Source: a candidate division WOR-3 bacterium (GTDB taxonomy: Bacteria; Hydrothermota; Tepidihabitantia; Tepidihabitantales; Tepidihabitantaceae). Taken from it: a DNA stretch of 64,000 bases. The position numbers and the translations under genes were made by a program. The stretch spans positions 1-64,000 of the forward strand of contig JBBISL010000008.1 in assembly GCA_037441285.1 (NCBI GenBank). Direction: 5' to 3'. How positions within the stretch are numbered: position 1 is the stretch's first letter; each line of letters starts with the position of its first letter. Of this stretch, positions 47,996 to 57,845 are shown piece by piece. The notes beneath the pieces were generated by a model. That model was not told the origin of the DNA and made no database searches. It was given only the letters and a program-made list of their open reading frames with translations.

Positions 47996-49117
47996 GTGAA
48001 AGTCCTTTTCAATGCCGCCTTCGACACCAGAGAGAATTCCGGAATCAGCGGATTTATCAAATCTCTTATCCCCCATCTTGCAAAATTGTGCAAACTTACC
48101 ATTTTGACACCGGACCCGGAACTGTTTTTCAATTACGGCGAAACAGTTAAGATACCGGAAAGGGTAAGAACGCCGCGCCACGGACTATTCTGGACTCTCT
48201 TTCAACTTCCAAAACTTTGTACCGCCTCCTACGATTTGGCTTTTAGCCCAATCCCTGCCGCTCCATTACGCAGCGAAATACCCGTTATTGCCACAGTTCA
48301 TGACCTCATTCCTTTACTTTTCTCTGAACCCGAAAAGAAAACAGGGATGATTTACCATCGGAAAAAACTGCTGCTCTGGCTCGGAATCCAATCCCTGCGT
48401 AAGGTGGACGGCATCGTCACCGTCTCCGAGAGCACACGGCAGGATTTAATTAAAAAATTCCCGGCTTTGAGGTCTCGCACCCTAACAGTAATCCACGAAG
48501 CGCCCTGCGTAAATCCAACGGCGACGCAAGCTGAGCCCGCCCCTGTTGATTTGCCCCCAATCCCCGCCAATTACTTGTTCTATGTTGGCGGCCACGCTCC
48601 CCACAAAAATCTATCCCGCCTTATCGCCGCATTTGCCCAAATCGCAAAACAGTTTCCCACTCTTCAACTGGTCGTCGTCGGCTGGGGCACGCCGGCGCTT
48701 GTCAATCAAACTCGGGAAACCATTGCCGCCTATCAATTAAATGACCGCGTGCTCATCCTACCCAACACCTTAACCTCATCTCAATTATCAGCCCTTTATC
48801 GCAACTGCCAACTGTTTGTCTATCCTTCCCTTTATGAAGGCTTTGGTTTACCAGTGTTAGAGGCGATGGCAAATCAGGCACCGGTGATATGCAGCAACAC
48901 ATCCAGCCTTCCAGAAGTAGGGGGTGATGCTGCTCTTTACTTTAATCCTTATTCGGTCGATGATATCGCTAAAACCTTACACCAGGCGCTTAGCGACGAC
49001 AGCCTTCGCGCCCAATTAAAAGCCAAAGGGTTGTCTCGGGTAACTCTTTTTTCCTGGGAAACCGCCGCAAAAAAACTGCACCATTTTTTTCAGACAATAG
49101 TGACAAAACAAAGTTAA
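47996..49117 (+). CDS. GT4 family glycosyltransferase
   Basis: TVHDLIP, HKN, PSLYEGFGLPVLEAM. Confidence 0.92.
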   Translation: MKVLFNAAFDTRENSGISGFIKSLIPHLAKLCKLTILTPDPELFFNYGETVKIPERVRTPRHGLFWTLFQLPKLCTASYDLAFSPIPAAPLRSEIPVIATVHDLIPLLFSEPEKKTGMIYHRKKLLLWLGIQSLRKVDGIVTVSESTRQDLIKKFPALRSRTLTVIHEAPCVNPTATQAEPAPVDLPPIPANYLFYVGGHAPHKNLSRLIAAFAQIAKQFPTLQLVVVGWGTPALVNQTRETIAAYQLNDRVLILPNTLTSSQLSALYRNCQLFVYPSLYEGFGLPVLEAMANQAPVICSNTSSLPEVGGDAALYFNPYSVDDIAKTLHQALSDDSLRAQLKAKGLSRVTLFSWETAAKKLHHFFQTIVTKQS

Positions 49118-49124
49118 GATTTAA

Positions 49125-50258
49125 CTATTTGAAATGAGAAGTTGGCGTCGCAAGAGCCGTTTTAATTAATTCCAAAAACTCTGCTGCCGATTTTCGAAAA
49201 CTGAACTGCCGGGCACGCACCAATCCCTGCTCCGCCATTGTTTTCAATCGGCCATCATCGCGAAGCAAATCCTGCAGTTTTCGGGTAAGGTCATTGGCAT
49301 CCCCGGCGTGGAAATACTCTGCTGCATTACCCCCCACTTCAGGCAAACTGGATGAGTCGCTTGCCAGTACCGGACAACCGCACGCCATCGCCTCAAGCAC
49401 CGGTAAACCAAAACCCTCGTAGCGAGAAGGATAAACCGAAAGCCGAGCCGCACTGTAAAGCGCCCGCAACTGTTCATCTTCAACCCTGCCCAAATAACGC
49501 ACTCTGCCTTTTGCCTCAAACCGCTTGATTTCTCTTAAAATTTTGCCGCAGCGCCAACCAACGCCCCCAACCAGAACAAGCAAAGGCGCGTCCGGTACCA
49601 TTTCCAGCGCCTTTAATAGGAGTAGATGGTCCTTTCTGGGCTCAATGGTGGAAACAAAAATTATGTAATCGCCCGCGACACCAAACCGCTCTGATACCAG
49701 GCGCTTTGCCTCCGAAACTTCGACCGGCTGGAAAACCGGTGCCGCGGCCTCTTTTATCACCTTTATTTTTCCCGGATTCAGTTTCAGGTAACGCTGCGCC
49801 AGTTTTGCCGTAGCATCAGAAACACAAACAACCAGTTCTGCTGCCCGCGCAATTCGCCCAAGTCGCAACCGCATCTGCAACAGACATCGGAGTTCCATAC
49901 TCCAGGGTGCAACATAAGGAACCAGGTCGTGCACGGTTAATATCCGCAGACAATTTGACTGCAACTTCAGTGGTAAATAAGTGGGTTGCGCCCAGAAAAC
50001 ATCGGTGCCGTCCGCCGCCAGTGCTTTAGGTAAAATTGTCTGGGTCCAGAGCGTAGGCCTTGCCGAAAGTCGGCTCTCAACCACCCGCAAGCGCCAGTTG
50101 CCCGCGGCTCGGAGTGGAACTTCAACCGGCACTGGCGCATAGATGAGAAACTCGTCTTCGGGAGCCAGAACGACCATTTCATCCAGCATCGCGGTCAAAT
50201 ATCGGGCGATACCCGCGCCCTTAAATATATAAGGAAATCCATCAACTCCTATACGCAT
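49125..50258 (-). CDS. GT4 family glycosyltransferase
   Basis: TVHDL, TIEPRK, PSRYEGFGLPVLEAMACG. Confidence 0.92.
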   Translation of the reverse strand: MRIGVDGFPYIFKGAGIARYLTAMLDEMVVLAPEDEFLIYAPVPVEVPLRAAGNWRLRVVESRLSARPTLWTQTILPKALAADGTDVFWAQPTYLPLKLQSNCLRILTVHDLVPYVAPWSMELRCLLQMRLRLGRIARAAELVVCVSDATAKLAQRYLKLNPGKIKVIKEAAAPVFQPVEVSEAKRLVSERFGVAGDYIIFVSTIEPRKDHLLLLKALEMVPDAPLLVLVGGVGWRCGKILREIKRFEAKGRVRYLGRVEDEQLRALYSAARLSVYPSRYEGFGLPVLEAMACGCPVLASDSSSLPEVGGNAAEYFHAGDANDLTRKLQDLLRDDGRLKTMAEQGLVRARQFSFRKSAAEFLELIKTALATPTSHFK

Positions 50259-50270
50259 TAATGTTGCAGA

Positions 50271-50340
50271 AGTATAAAGTAAATACCCGCGGCGTCAAAC
50301 ACAAAACGCCACTTGACATTCCTAATAGTCCGGTTATTAT
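50271..50340. promoter_or_regulatory. back-to-back divergent promoters
   Basis: Minus: TTGACG-16-TATACT (50298-50271); plus: TTGACA-16-TATTAT (50313-50340). Confidence 0.65.
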
Positions 50341-50352
50341 TTTTGCCAACCG

Positions 50353-51513
50353 ATGATTTCACCCCCCAGCACTAAGCCAAAACTGGCGATACTGACTACT
50401 GTGCTCCGCGCCGATTTTCATAATATGCTGTCTCACTTTAAAAGATTTGAAGTCTGGCATCTTTATCATCGTTGTGCCAGTGACATTTCCCAGAATGAGT
50501 TGGGAAGCCAAACCATCCGCTTCCGAAATTTAATCGACCTGATTTTAAAACTGGCTCGGCTGAAGCCGGCGCTTATTCAGGGAGGCGAGCCCTATGACTT
50601 TCCCACCCAGTTCTCTTTAATCGTCGCAACCCTTATCGGGAGTTCCATTCTGGGCGTTCCCTACTACTTCCCCACATTCGAAAACATTCCACCCGAAATA
50701 AAGTTTGCACGCATCTATCGGTTCGGTATTCCCCTGAGTTCCTTTTTAATTCCCTTTATAAAATGGTTTGCTCGAATTTATGCCCGGCGGGCACTGGTGA
50801 TATTTGCCGTTAATGAAGGGGCAAGAAAAAATCTGGCTTCTTTAAACTGTCCCCGAGAGAAAATTAGCAATTTACTTTATGCCACCTGGGGGGTTAACAC
50901 TGAACTTTTCACCAACCAAATTCAGGGAAATGAACCTGATATGGGGCCTAATGGCATTCTATTTGTCGGCCGTTTGATTGAGCAAAAGGGAATACTTGTT
51001 CTGCTTGAGGCTTTTAACAAGGTTAAAAAACAAATCCCCGATGCCCGACTTTTTATTATTGGTGAAGGACCTCTAAAAGATAAAATAAACCAGTTCGCAA
51101 ACTCAAAGGGCTTGGCGAATTCAATCCACCTTTTGGGAACAATCTTAAACCAGCATTTGCCGCCTTACTTCCGCGCCGCGCGGGTTACTGTTGCCCCGTC
51201 CATAACCATCCAGCGCTCTGCCGAACAGGTAGGAATGGTGAACATCCAGAGTATCGCTTGCGGCACGCCGGTAATATCAACTTTTAGTGGTTCCATTCCT
51301 GAGTTTGTGACAGATGGCGTGACCGCAATCCTTGTGCCGGAACAAGACCCGGGGGCATTGGCTGACGCCATCGTCAGGGTGTTATCCAACCAGCAACTGC
51401 GCAACCACCTTTCTCAAAACTGCCGTTCCTATGTTGAAGAACATTACGATGCCCGAAAAAACATCGATAAGGTTGAAACTGTCCTCTGGAACCGTCTATT
51501 CGGCGACATTTAA
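50353..51513 (+). CDS. GT4 family glycosyltransferase
   Basis: FVGRLIEQKG, IGEGP, EQVGMVNIQSIACGTPVI. Confidence 0.9.
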   Translation: MISPPSTKPKLAILTTVLRADFHNMLSHFKRFEVWHLYHRCASDISQNELGSQTIRFRNLIDLILKLARLKPALIQGGEPYDFPTQFSLIVATLIGSSILGVPYYFPTFENIPPEIKFARIYRFGIPLSSFLIPFIKWFARIYARRALVIFAVNEGARKNLASLNCPREKISNLLYATWGVNTELFTNQIQGNEPDMGPNGILFVGRLIEQKGILVLLEAFNKVKKQIPDARLFIIGEGPLKDKINQFANSKGLANSIHLLGTILNQHLPPYFRAARVTVAPSITIQRSAEQVGMVNIQSIACGTPVISTFSGSIPEFVTDGVTAILVPEQDPGALADAIVRVLSNQQLRNHLSQNCRSYVEEHYDARKNIDKVETVLWNRLFGDI

Positions 51514-51517
51514 CCTC

Positions 51518-52582
51518 ATGAGGATGTTATTCAACGCCGCCTTTAACACAAAATTGAAAGTCGGCATCTCATCATACATCCAGCGCATAATTCCAGAGCT
51601 CGCCCGGCTGTGTGAACTGACAATCCTGACCCCGGACCCGGAAATGTTTTCCGCTTTTGGAAAAACTATTAAACTCCCCGAATTAGTCCGCGCCAACCTC
51701 AGCCGCACAAGATGGACACTAACCAAACTTAACCACTACTGCACCAAAGAGTACGACATCTTATTTTGTCCGACACCGGTAGTTCCAGTTTTCCCGAAAC
51801 TGCCGACCATTGCCGTGGTCCACGACCTGATCCCATTCAAAATGCGTCACTTTCTCCCCCAGAAAGAAAAACTATCCTTCTGGCTTGGTTTTCAGAGCCT
51901 CCGTTTTGCCTGGAAGGTAGTTACCGTATCAGAAGCCACCAAAAAAGATTTGACCGAGATGAAAATCTTGCCGCCGCATCGCATATTTGTTGCCCATAAC
52001 GGACCGGGTGTCACTCCCGCCGCAACCGACTACGATTTCGGTAAACAGTTTGTTCCCTATCTGCTCTATGTCGGCAGCCATGCCCCGTACAAGAATACGC
52101 GCCGTTTAATCGCCGCTTTTGCGCAACTCAGAACTTATCCAGAGCTCAAACTTGTCCTTGTAGGCGGTGACACCAAACATCAGCTCGATTTTGCTCATGC
52201 GCAGCTCAAACGGTACAATTTACAGTCCCGGGCATTTGTTTTCAGTGCATTGGACGAAAATAAACTTTCCAGTCTTTACCGACACTGTACCCTATTTATT
52301 ACCGCTTCACTTTACGAGGGGTTCGGGCTACCCGTGCTGGAAGCGATGTTGCACGGGGCACCAATTGCCTGCAGCAACACCTCCAGTTTACCGGAAGTGG
52401 CAAATGGCGCTGCGGTATATTTCAATCCACTTTCGGTAAAAGATATCGCCGCCCAAATTCAATCCCTCCTGGATAATACTGAACTTAGAGAGAGGTTGAG
52501 CGCAATCGGAAAAGACCGCGCCCGCCAATTCACCTGGGAGAAAACTGCTCGGCTTATCTTGCAGTGTGCTCAGCAACCCTGA
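51518..52582 (+). CDS. GT4 family glycosyltransferase (paralog of 47996..49117)
   Basis: LFNAAF, LTILTPDPE, VHDLIP, SLYEGFGLPVLEAM. Confidence 0.92.
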   Translation: MRMLFNAAFNTKLKVGISSYIQRIIPELARLCELTILTPDPEMFSAFGKTIKLPELVRANLSRTRWTLTKLNHYCTKEYDILFCPTPVVPVFPKLPTIAVVHDLIPFKMRHFLPQKEKLSFWLGFQSLRFAWKVVTVSEATKKDLTEMKILPPHRIFVAHNGPGVTPAATDYDFGKQFVPYLLYVGSHAPYKNTRRLIAAFAQLRTYPELKLVLVGGDTKHQLDFAHAQLKRYNLQSRAFVFSALDENKLSSLYRHCTLFITASLYEGFGLPVLEAMLHGAPIACSNTSSLPEVANGAAVYFNPLSVKDIAAQIQSLLDNTELRERLSAIGKDRARQFTWEKTARLILQCAQQP

Positions 52583-53987
52583 GCGCCTGATACCTCTTCT
52601 TTAACGCCCAAAAAGAAGATGAAAGCCCAATAAGAATTAACAACAGAGATAATGCCCCTGGGTTGTAAGTAAATGCGTCCACCAACCCATGAACCATAAA
52701 TGTGATAATACCAGCACTCAGTGCGATTCCTACGGTTCTGGCATTGTGCGGTAAGGACTCATCAAATTTAGTGGCATAGGAACGCACTACTGCCCCAACC
52801 AGCATTGCGAGGAACGCCAGTGCTCCAAAAAAACCAAGGTCAGCAAAAAATTCTAAGTAGATATTATGGGCATTAAAAGGTAAACCCATCGCGGTCGAGC
52901 TCGGAAAACGATACAGGTGCTTTACGAATCGAAAGTTTTCCATCCCCACCCCAAGTAACCAGTTGATTTTCCCAATCTTCCACGCATAATGCCACAATAT
53001 AAACCGACCCGCCAACGATGGGTCAAACAATGTCGTCTCACTAACCCGGGTGAAAACCAATCGCCGGGCTAAATCCCAGAAACTCAAAACAAATAAAACC
53101 GCCGCCAAAACGAGAATCAGTTTAAAAGACCGGGATACAATTAAAACGTACAATAGTGCCAAGCCAAAGCCCAACCAGGCACCCCGGGACTTTGTTAAAA
53201 CCAACATCGCCATTAAGATAAAAATTACTACCCCGAGTGTAACTCTATCCAAAACCGACTTTCCCTGTAGCACAAACACTAAAGCCATAATCCCGACAAC
53301 CGCCGCGATGCAACCCCAAGCATTGAGGTTGAGCCAGCCAAAAGGCGTCAATACCGATTTTGACCCAAAATCACTACCAACCCCCCCGCTCCATGCCAGT
53401 CCAAATATTCCCACGGTGCAGATAACGGTGGAAAAAATTATTATCCGCAATACCTTTGCCATCTCTTTTTCATCTAATTCCATTTTCGCCCCCAGATACC
53501 CAATCGCCAGCAACTCAAGCATTAACACGGTTGTCGGTAAAAGCGTAGGACCCCGCCATCCTCTATTGTAAGCATTGACAAACGAAAAGATAATTACTGC
53601 GGCTAATGTTACAATCGGTATTCGCTCAAGTTGCGAAAGGGACCTGAAATTAACCCTGCCTTTTGCCCAGGAGGTGGTATAGCATAAACCCAAGAGGAGT
53701 AATACTACAGGATAAAAAGCGAACCGCTGATATGATGGTGGCAAAAACGCGGCACCGACAACCGGCACCAGTGCCCCAAAGTAATATAAAATTCGCAAAG
53801 TATTCCCTACTAATAATGCCCAGATAAACAGTTGCATCGGCGCCAGCACCACTACAACGGCAAGCTTTTCCATCCCCAGAATGCTCAAGACGACAAAAAA
53901 AACGCACAACAAACCTTCCCCAACTAAAAACAACTTAAGTGGAAATGAATTCAACTTTTGGCGTTCGAGGGGTTGACTCCGTTCCAT
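52554..53987 (-). CDS. O-antigen ligase/polymerase family protein
   Basis: Many TM segments, TKSRGAW, GRFILW, GVG..NF, NAHNIYLE, HGLVD. Confidence 0.88.
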   Translation of the reverse strand: MERSQPLERQKLNSFPLKLFLVGEGLLCVFFVVLSILGMEKLAVVVVLAPMQLFIWALLVGNTLRILYYFGALVPVVGAAFLPPSYQRFAFYPVVLLLLGLCYTTSWAKGRVNFRSLSQLERIPIVTLAAVIIFSFVNAYNRGWRGPTLLPTTVLMLELLAIGYLGAKMELDEKEMAKVLRIIIFSTVICTVGIFGLAWSGGVGSDFGSKSVLTPFGWLNLNAWGCIAAVVGIMALVFVLQGKSVLDRVTLGVVIFILMAMLVLTKSRGAWLGFGLALLYVLIVSRSFKLILVLAAVLFVLSFWDLARRLVFTRVSETTLFDPSLAGRFILWHYAWKIGKINWLLGVGMENFRFVKHLYRFPSSTAMGLPFNAHNIYLEFFADLGFFGALAFLAMLVGAVVRSYATKFDESLPHNARTVGIALSAGIITFMVHGLVDAFTYNPGALSLLLILIGLSSSFWALKKRYQALRVAEHTAR

Positions 53988-53990
53988 CAA

Positions 53991-55475
53991 TTAATTCTCC
54001 TTCACCACTCTTTTCCCTATCAATTTCTCGATAAACTTAATATCGTTTTTCGAAAAGACACCGGCGAGCATCAGCAAAAAGGCGTAAAGCACCACACCGA
54101 TTAAAACTGCGGCCCAGATGTTGTACCGCCCTAACAACCATGCAACTACAACCGCCAGCACCAATGTCGCAATTGCCCTGGTAAGTATCGACAGAAAGCT
54201 GCCGATAGTAACCCGGTATGGTGTCCTTAAATGCCTCAACCATAAATACAGTACTCCGGCAAACTCTGCGGCGGTAATCGAAACCGCGGCACCTATCGCA
54301 CCGTATCGGGGAATCAAAAGAATATTCCCCAGTAAATTCACCCCGAGTGATAACCCTGACTGTATGGTCATTTCCGAAGCGCGGTTAATGGCAATGAAAT
54401 AATTAGAAAGTATTGAACTAAAACTGGCGGCAACACTCCACCAGACCAGAATCATAAATGGTGTAATCGCCGCATTGTATTTTGTGCCGTATAATAAGAA
54501 GACAATCGGTTTCGCCAGAAGTGTCCCGAATCCTCCAACCGGCAGCGTAAGAACCGTAATATACCGCAATGCCTGTTTTAAAACTTCACTTAGCCGCGCG
54601 GGGTCCGCTACATACAATCGGGAAAAAAATGGGTAGATACTTGCTGAAAATGAAAGAGTAATGAACAGTGTGCCCCAAACAACCCGAAATGCAGCACTGT
54701 AAGCGCCTACCGCCTGGTCTCCACTCAATTTGGTGAGAAATGTGGTTCCGTTCCAGTAGTAAAAAGAAACCAAAATTATTGCCAGTCCGATAGGTAATGC
54801 TTCTTTCAATACCCTCCACCAGCGCTTGATATGAAAATCGAAAGCCGGGCGAACAAGCACATAAGCCGCGCCCGCAGCAAACAGCACCGAAACCAAGCCG
54901 GCCAAAACATAAAGCCAGGTATAGCTCTCAACCCGTGCCGGACCGGTACGCAGCACAAATACCCCGGCGACCAGAACCACCCCTTGTAAAATTCGACTCA
55001 AAGTGGTGAAATGCATCTTTTCCACCCCTTGAAACACACTGGCAAAATAGGTAGTAAAAGCGGTCTGAAGAACAAAAATTGTCGCGATATAGACAACCCG
55101 GATTTTCTCATTGTCCAGGTTCATTAGATTAACCACCACGACAATCAATCCGATGACCAGTAAGGTGGCAACGAGTTTAATTGTCAAGGCAATATTAACC
55201 TGCCGCCGGCCCTCAATCCGGTCTCGGGCAAGTTCCCGGGCACTTACCACCCCGAGTCCAAGGTCTGAAAAAACCGACCACATCGTCACAAAGGTGGTCG
55301 CAAAAGATAACACCCCGAACTGCTCGACACTTAAATGGCGAGCGGCAACGAGATAAAACACAAACATCATCGCCTTGTTCACGACATCCGCAACGGCGAG
55401 AAAGAATGTGTTCTGGATTATGCGCCGGCTGGCACTGACCGGATGATCAATCTCATTCTCGGCCGGTAAACCCAC
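53991..55475 (-). CDS. wzx: Wzx-type polysaccharide flippase
   Basis: DLGL, VGAYSAA, LIPRYGAIGAA; many TM segments. Confidence 0.9.
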   Translation of the reverse strand: MGLPAENEIDHPVSASRRIIQNTFFLAVADVVNKAMMFVFYLVAARHLSVEQFGVLSFATTFVTMWSVFSDLGLGVVSARELARDRIEGRRQVNIALTIKLVATLLVIGLIVVVVNLMNLDNEKIRVVYIATIFVLQTAFTTYFASVFQGVEKMHFTTLSRILQGVVLVAGVFVLRTGPARVESYTWLYVLAGLVSVLFAAGAAYVLVRPAFDFHIKRWWRVLKEALPIGLAIILVSFYYWNGTTFLTKLSGDQAVGAYSAAFRVVWGTLFITLSFSASIYPFFSRLYVADPARLSEVLKQALRYITVLTLPVGGFGTLLAKPIVFLLYGTKYNAAITPFMILVWWSVAASFSSILSNYFIAINRASEMTIQSGLSLGVNLLGNILLIPRYGAIGAAVSITAAEFAGVLYLWLRHLRTPYRVTIGSFLSILTRAIATLVLAVVVAWLLGRYNIWAAVLIGVVLYAFLLMLAGVFSKNDIKFIEKLIGKRVVKEN

Positions 55476-55479
55476 TTTA

Positions 55480-56706
55480 CTATTTTCCGCGGGACCGAAA
55501 CACGCCCGTCAGGCGACCCACCATCTGCCGTAACTCTTGCCCTAAAATCCACCATCTCTGGTACTCATCGGGCTTTTCACGGTGCAGGTATTCAAAATAT
55601 TCAATAGTAAACGCCAGCATCATGCCCGCCAAGAGACTGAAAACGAACGCAGCAATTGTCAGGACACTACGCTTGGGAGAACTGTGACGCTGAGGTGGGA
55701 CCGCATAGTCAAGTACCGTCAGAGTCGGTGCATCCCGCGCCTCAAGAATTTTGGCGTATTCCAGTTGTTGTGAGAGCATCATATAGGTTTCTTCCTGAAT
55801 CCTATAATTGAGGTATCGCCGGGCAAATTCGGCACTCACCTCGGGAAGATGGGCAAAGGCAACCGCAAACCCAACCCCGAAACCACTTTTCCCATTCCCC
55901 TGTTCCAGACGGCGTAACTGGTCCTCAAAGGCTTTTGTCTCTCGTTGGAGAGAAAGAAAGTAGGGGTTATCATCGCTGGCAACGCCGCGCACCGCTTCCA
56001 GTTCCGCCTCTTTAAGATATGCCTGGGACTTGAGTCGGGCATAGGCGTCAATTGCCGCCCGCGTCTCATCATCCACCGCTACTATCTTATGACGCGCCTG
56101 ATATACCTTCAAAGACTCCTGCACAACCGCAAGTGTACTCTCGGCTTCGGCTAACCGGTGCTCCAGAAACACCCTCATATTTCGGCCCCGACTGATGTTT
56201 GAGGTCCGGAGAAAACTGTCCAGTTCGGCAATATAGGTGTTGGCAATCTTCGCCGCTAAGTAGGGCGTTTTGGCTTCAACGGTAATCCGGACAATCCCCT
56301 CATCGCCAACGCCGATTTTGGTCATCCCCTTAAGCTGTTTACGAACCTCTTCCGTCTTGGTCGGTTTGATTCGGTAGTAATAAGCGATGCTGCATTGCTC
56401 TGCCACTCGGTCCATAATTGACCGGCTCACAAGGATTCCCGCCATCAGTTCCGAAGCGGTTGGCGCACCTCCCAACCCGCCTACCCGCAGTTTGCTCAAA
56501 CTGCTACTTAATCCCCCACCCAGAATACTTGTAAGCCCAAACATATCCCCTTCGTCACTGGGTGGTAACAGCTGAGCCGTAGCGGTGAATCGTCGGGGAA
56601 TTACAAATGAAAGCGCCATCACCAGCACCGTTATTATGAGGGTGTTTAGAACGATGAGTTTGCGCCACTTAACAATGACGCTCAGATAGTTAACCAGTTT
56701 GTTCAC
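55480..56706 (-). CDS. Wzz/GumC-type polysaccharide co-polymerase (chain-length determinant)
   Basis: Two terminal TM segments, coiled-coil periplasmic part, VLDYAVPP..SSPKR. Confidence 0.88.
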   Translation of the reverse strand: MNKLVNYLSVIVKWRKLIVLNTLIITVLVMALSFVIPRRFTATAQLLPPSDEGDMFGLTSILGGGLSSSLSKLRVGGLGGAPTASELMAGILVSRSIMDRVAEQCSIAYYYRIKPTKTEEVRKQLKGMTKIGVGDEGIVRITVEAKTPYLAAKIANTYIAELDSFLRTSNISRGRNMRVFLEHRLAEAESTLAVVQESLKVYQARHKIVAVDDETRAAIDAYARLKSQAYLKEAELEAVRGVASDDNPYFLSLQRETKAFEDQLRRLEQGNGKSGFGVGFAVAFAHLPEVSAEFARRYLNYRIQEETYMMLSQQLEYAKILEARDAPTLTVLDYAVPPQRHSSPKRSVLTIAAFVFSLLAGMMLAFTIEYFEYLHREKPDEYQRWWILGQELRQMVGRLTGVFRSRGK

Positions 56707-56712
56707 AAATGA

Positions 56713-56740
56713 AGTGTAAAAAAAGCACTCTACTTGTCAA
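56713..56740 (-). promoter_or_regulatory. promoter of co-polymerase-wzx-ligase unit, leaderless
   Basis: TTGACA-16 nt-TACACT, 6 nt before GTG 56706. Confidence 0.6.
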
Positions 56741-57845
56741 CCTGTGGCAACACCCGCAAAAGCAAGCGACGGATTCTTTGCGCTGCCCTGCCATCTCCAT
56801 AAGGACTGCCCTTTCCCTGCATTCGCCGATAAGTGACCCGCGAACGCAACAACCTCTCCGTTTCCGCCACGACTCTCTTCGGGTTAGTTCCTACCAGTCT
56901 CGCAACCCCGGCTCTGACCGCCTCAGGCCTTTCGGTCTTGTCTCTCAAAATCAGCACCGGCTTACCAAGGGCTGGAGCCTCCTCAGTGATGCCGCCCGAG
57001 TCGGTCAGTACAAGATAAGCCTGTTCCAGAACCCGTACAAAATCCGGATAGTCCATCGGTGCCATCAGTTGAATGCGCTTCCTCTTTCCTAATATCGTCC
57101 TAACCGGCAGCTGGACATTGGGATTAGGATGAACCGGATAAACCACCTCGATATCGGGATTGCGTTCCACCAGGGACAAAATCGCCCGACAAATCGCCAT
57201 CAGCGGCTTCCCAAAACTCTCCCGGCGGTGCAGTGTCAGCAGCAAAACCCGCCGGCTACTTTCTTGTTGGCTTCGGCGTTTTTGCTTCTTTTGAATCCAG
57301 TACAGGGCGTCAATTACCGTATTGCCCGTTACATATACCCGGTGCGAGTCAACTCCTTCCTGCAAGAGATTCTGCCGCGCCCACTCAGTAGGGGCAAAAT
57401 GAAAATCAGCAATTGTTGTAATAAACCGCCGATTTGCCTCTTCCGGAAAGGGAGCATACTTGTCGTTAGTACGCAACCCTGCTTCAATGTGCCCAATTGG
57501 TATCTTCTTGTAATATGCAGCAAGCGCCGCCGCAAATGCGCTTGTTGCGTCTCCCTGAACCATCACCACATCAGGTTTTTCCCTTTTCAAAACCGGCTCC
57601 AATCGCCTCAACACTCGCACCGTCACATCGGTTAAACTCTGGTTTTCCCGCATAACACCAAGGTCGTAATCGGGTTTGATACCAAAAACTTTCAAAACCC
57701 GGTCAAGCATCTGTCGGTGTTGTGACGTAACCACCACCGATGTTCTGAATAAACTTTTGAAGCGCTTTAGCTCCTGTATTACCGGCGCCATCTTAATCGC
57801 CTCCGGTCTGGTCCCGAACACAAAAAGGACTTTATGCGCTTTCAT
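56730..57845 (-). CDS. wecB: UDP-N-acetylglucosamine 2-epimerase (non-hydrolysing)
   Basis: FGTRPEAIKMAP, QGD, HIEAGLRT, HRRE, TDSGG, TERPE, PYGDG. Confidence 0.96.
   Translation of the reverse strand: MKAHKVLFVFGTRPEAIKMAPVIQELKRFKSLFRTSVVVTSQHRQMLDRVLKVFGIKPDYDLGVMRENQSLTDVTVRVLRRLEPVLKREKPDVVMVQGDATSAFAAALAAYYKKIPIGHIEAGLRTNDKYAPFPEEANRRFITTIADFHFAPTEWARQNLLQEGVDSHRVYVTGNTVIDALYWIQKKQKRRSQQESSRRVLLLTLHRRESFGKPLMAICRAILSLVERNPDIEVVYPVHPNPNVQLPVRTILGKRKRIQLMAPMDYPDFVRVLEQAYLVLTDSGGITEEAPALGKPVLILRDKTERPEAVRAGVARLVGTNPKRVVAETERLLRSRVTYRRMQGKGSPYGDGRAAQRIRRLLLRVLPQVDK

Noticed and set aside
46728..52582. Shufflon or invertible GT cassettes
   Set aside because: No flanking inverted repeats and no site-specific recombinase in the window
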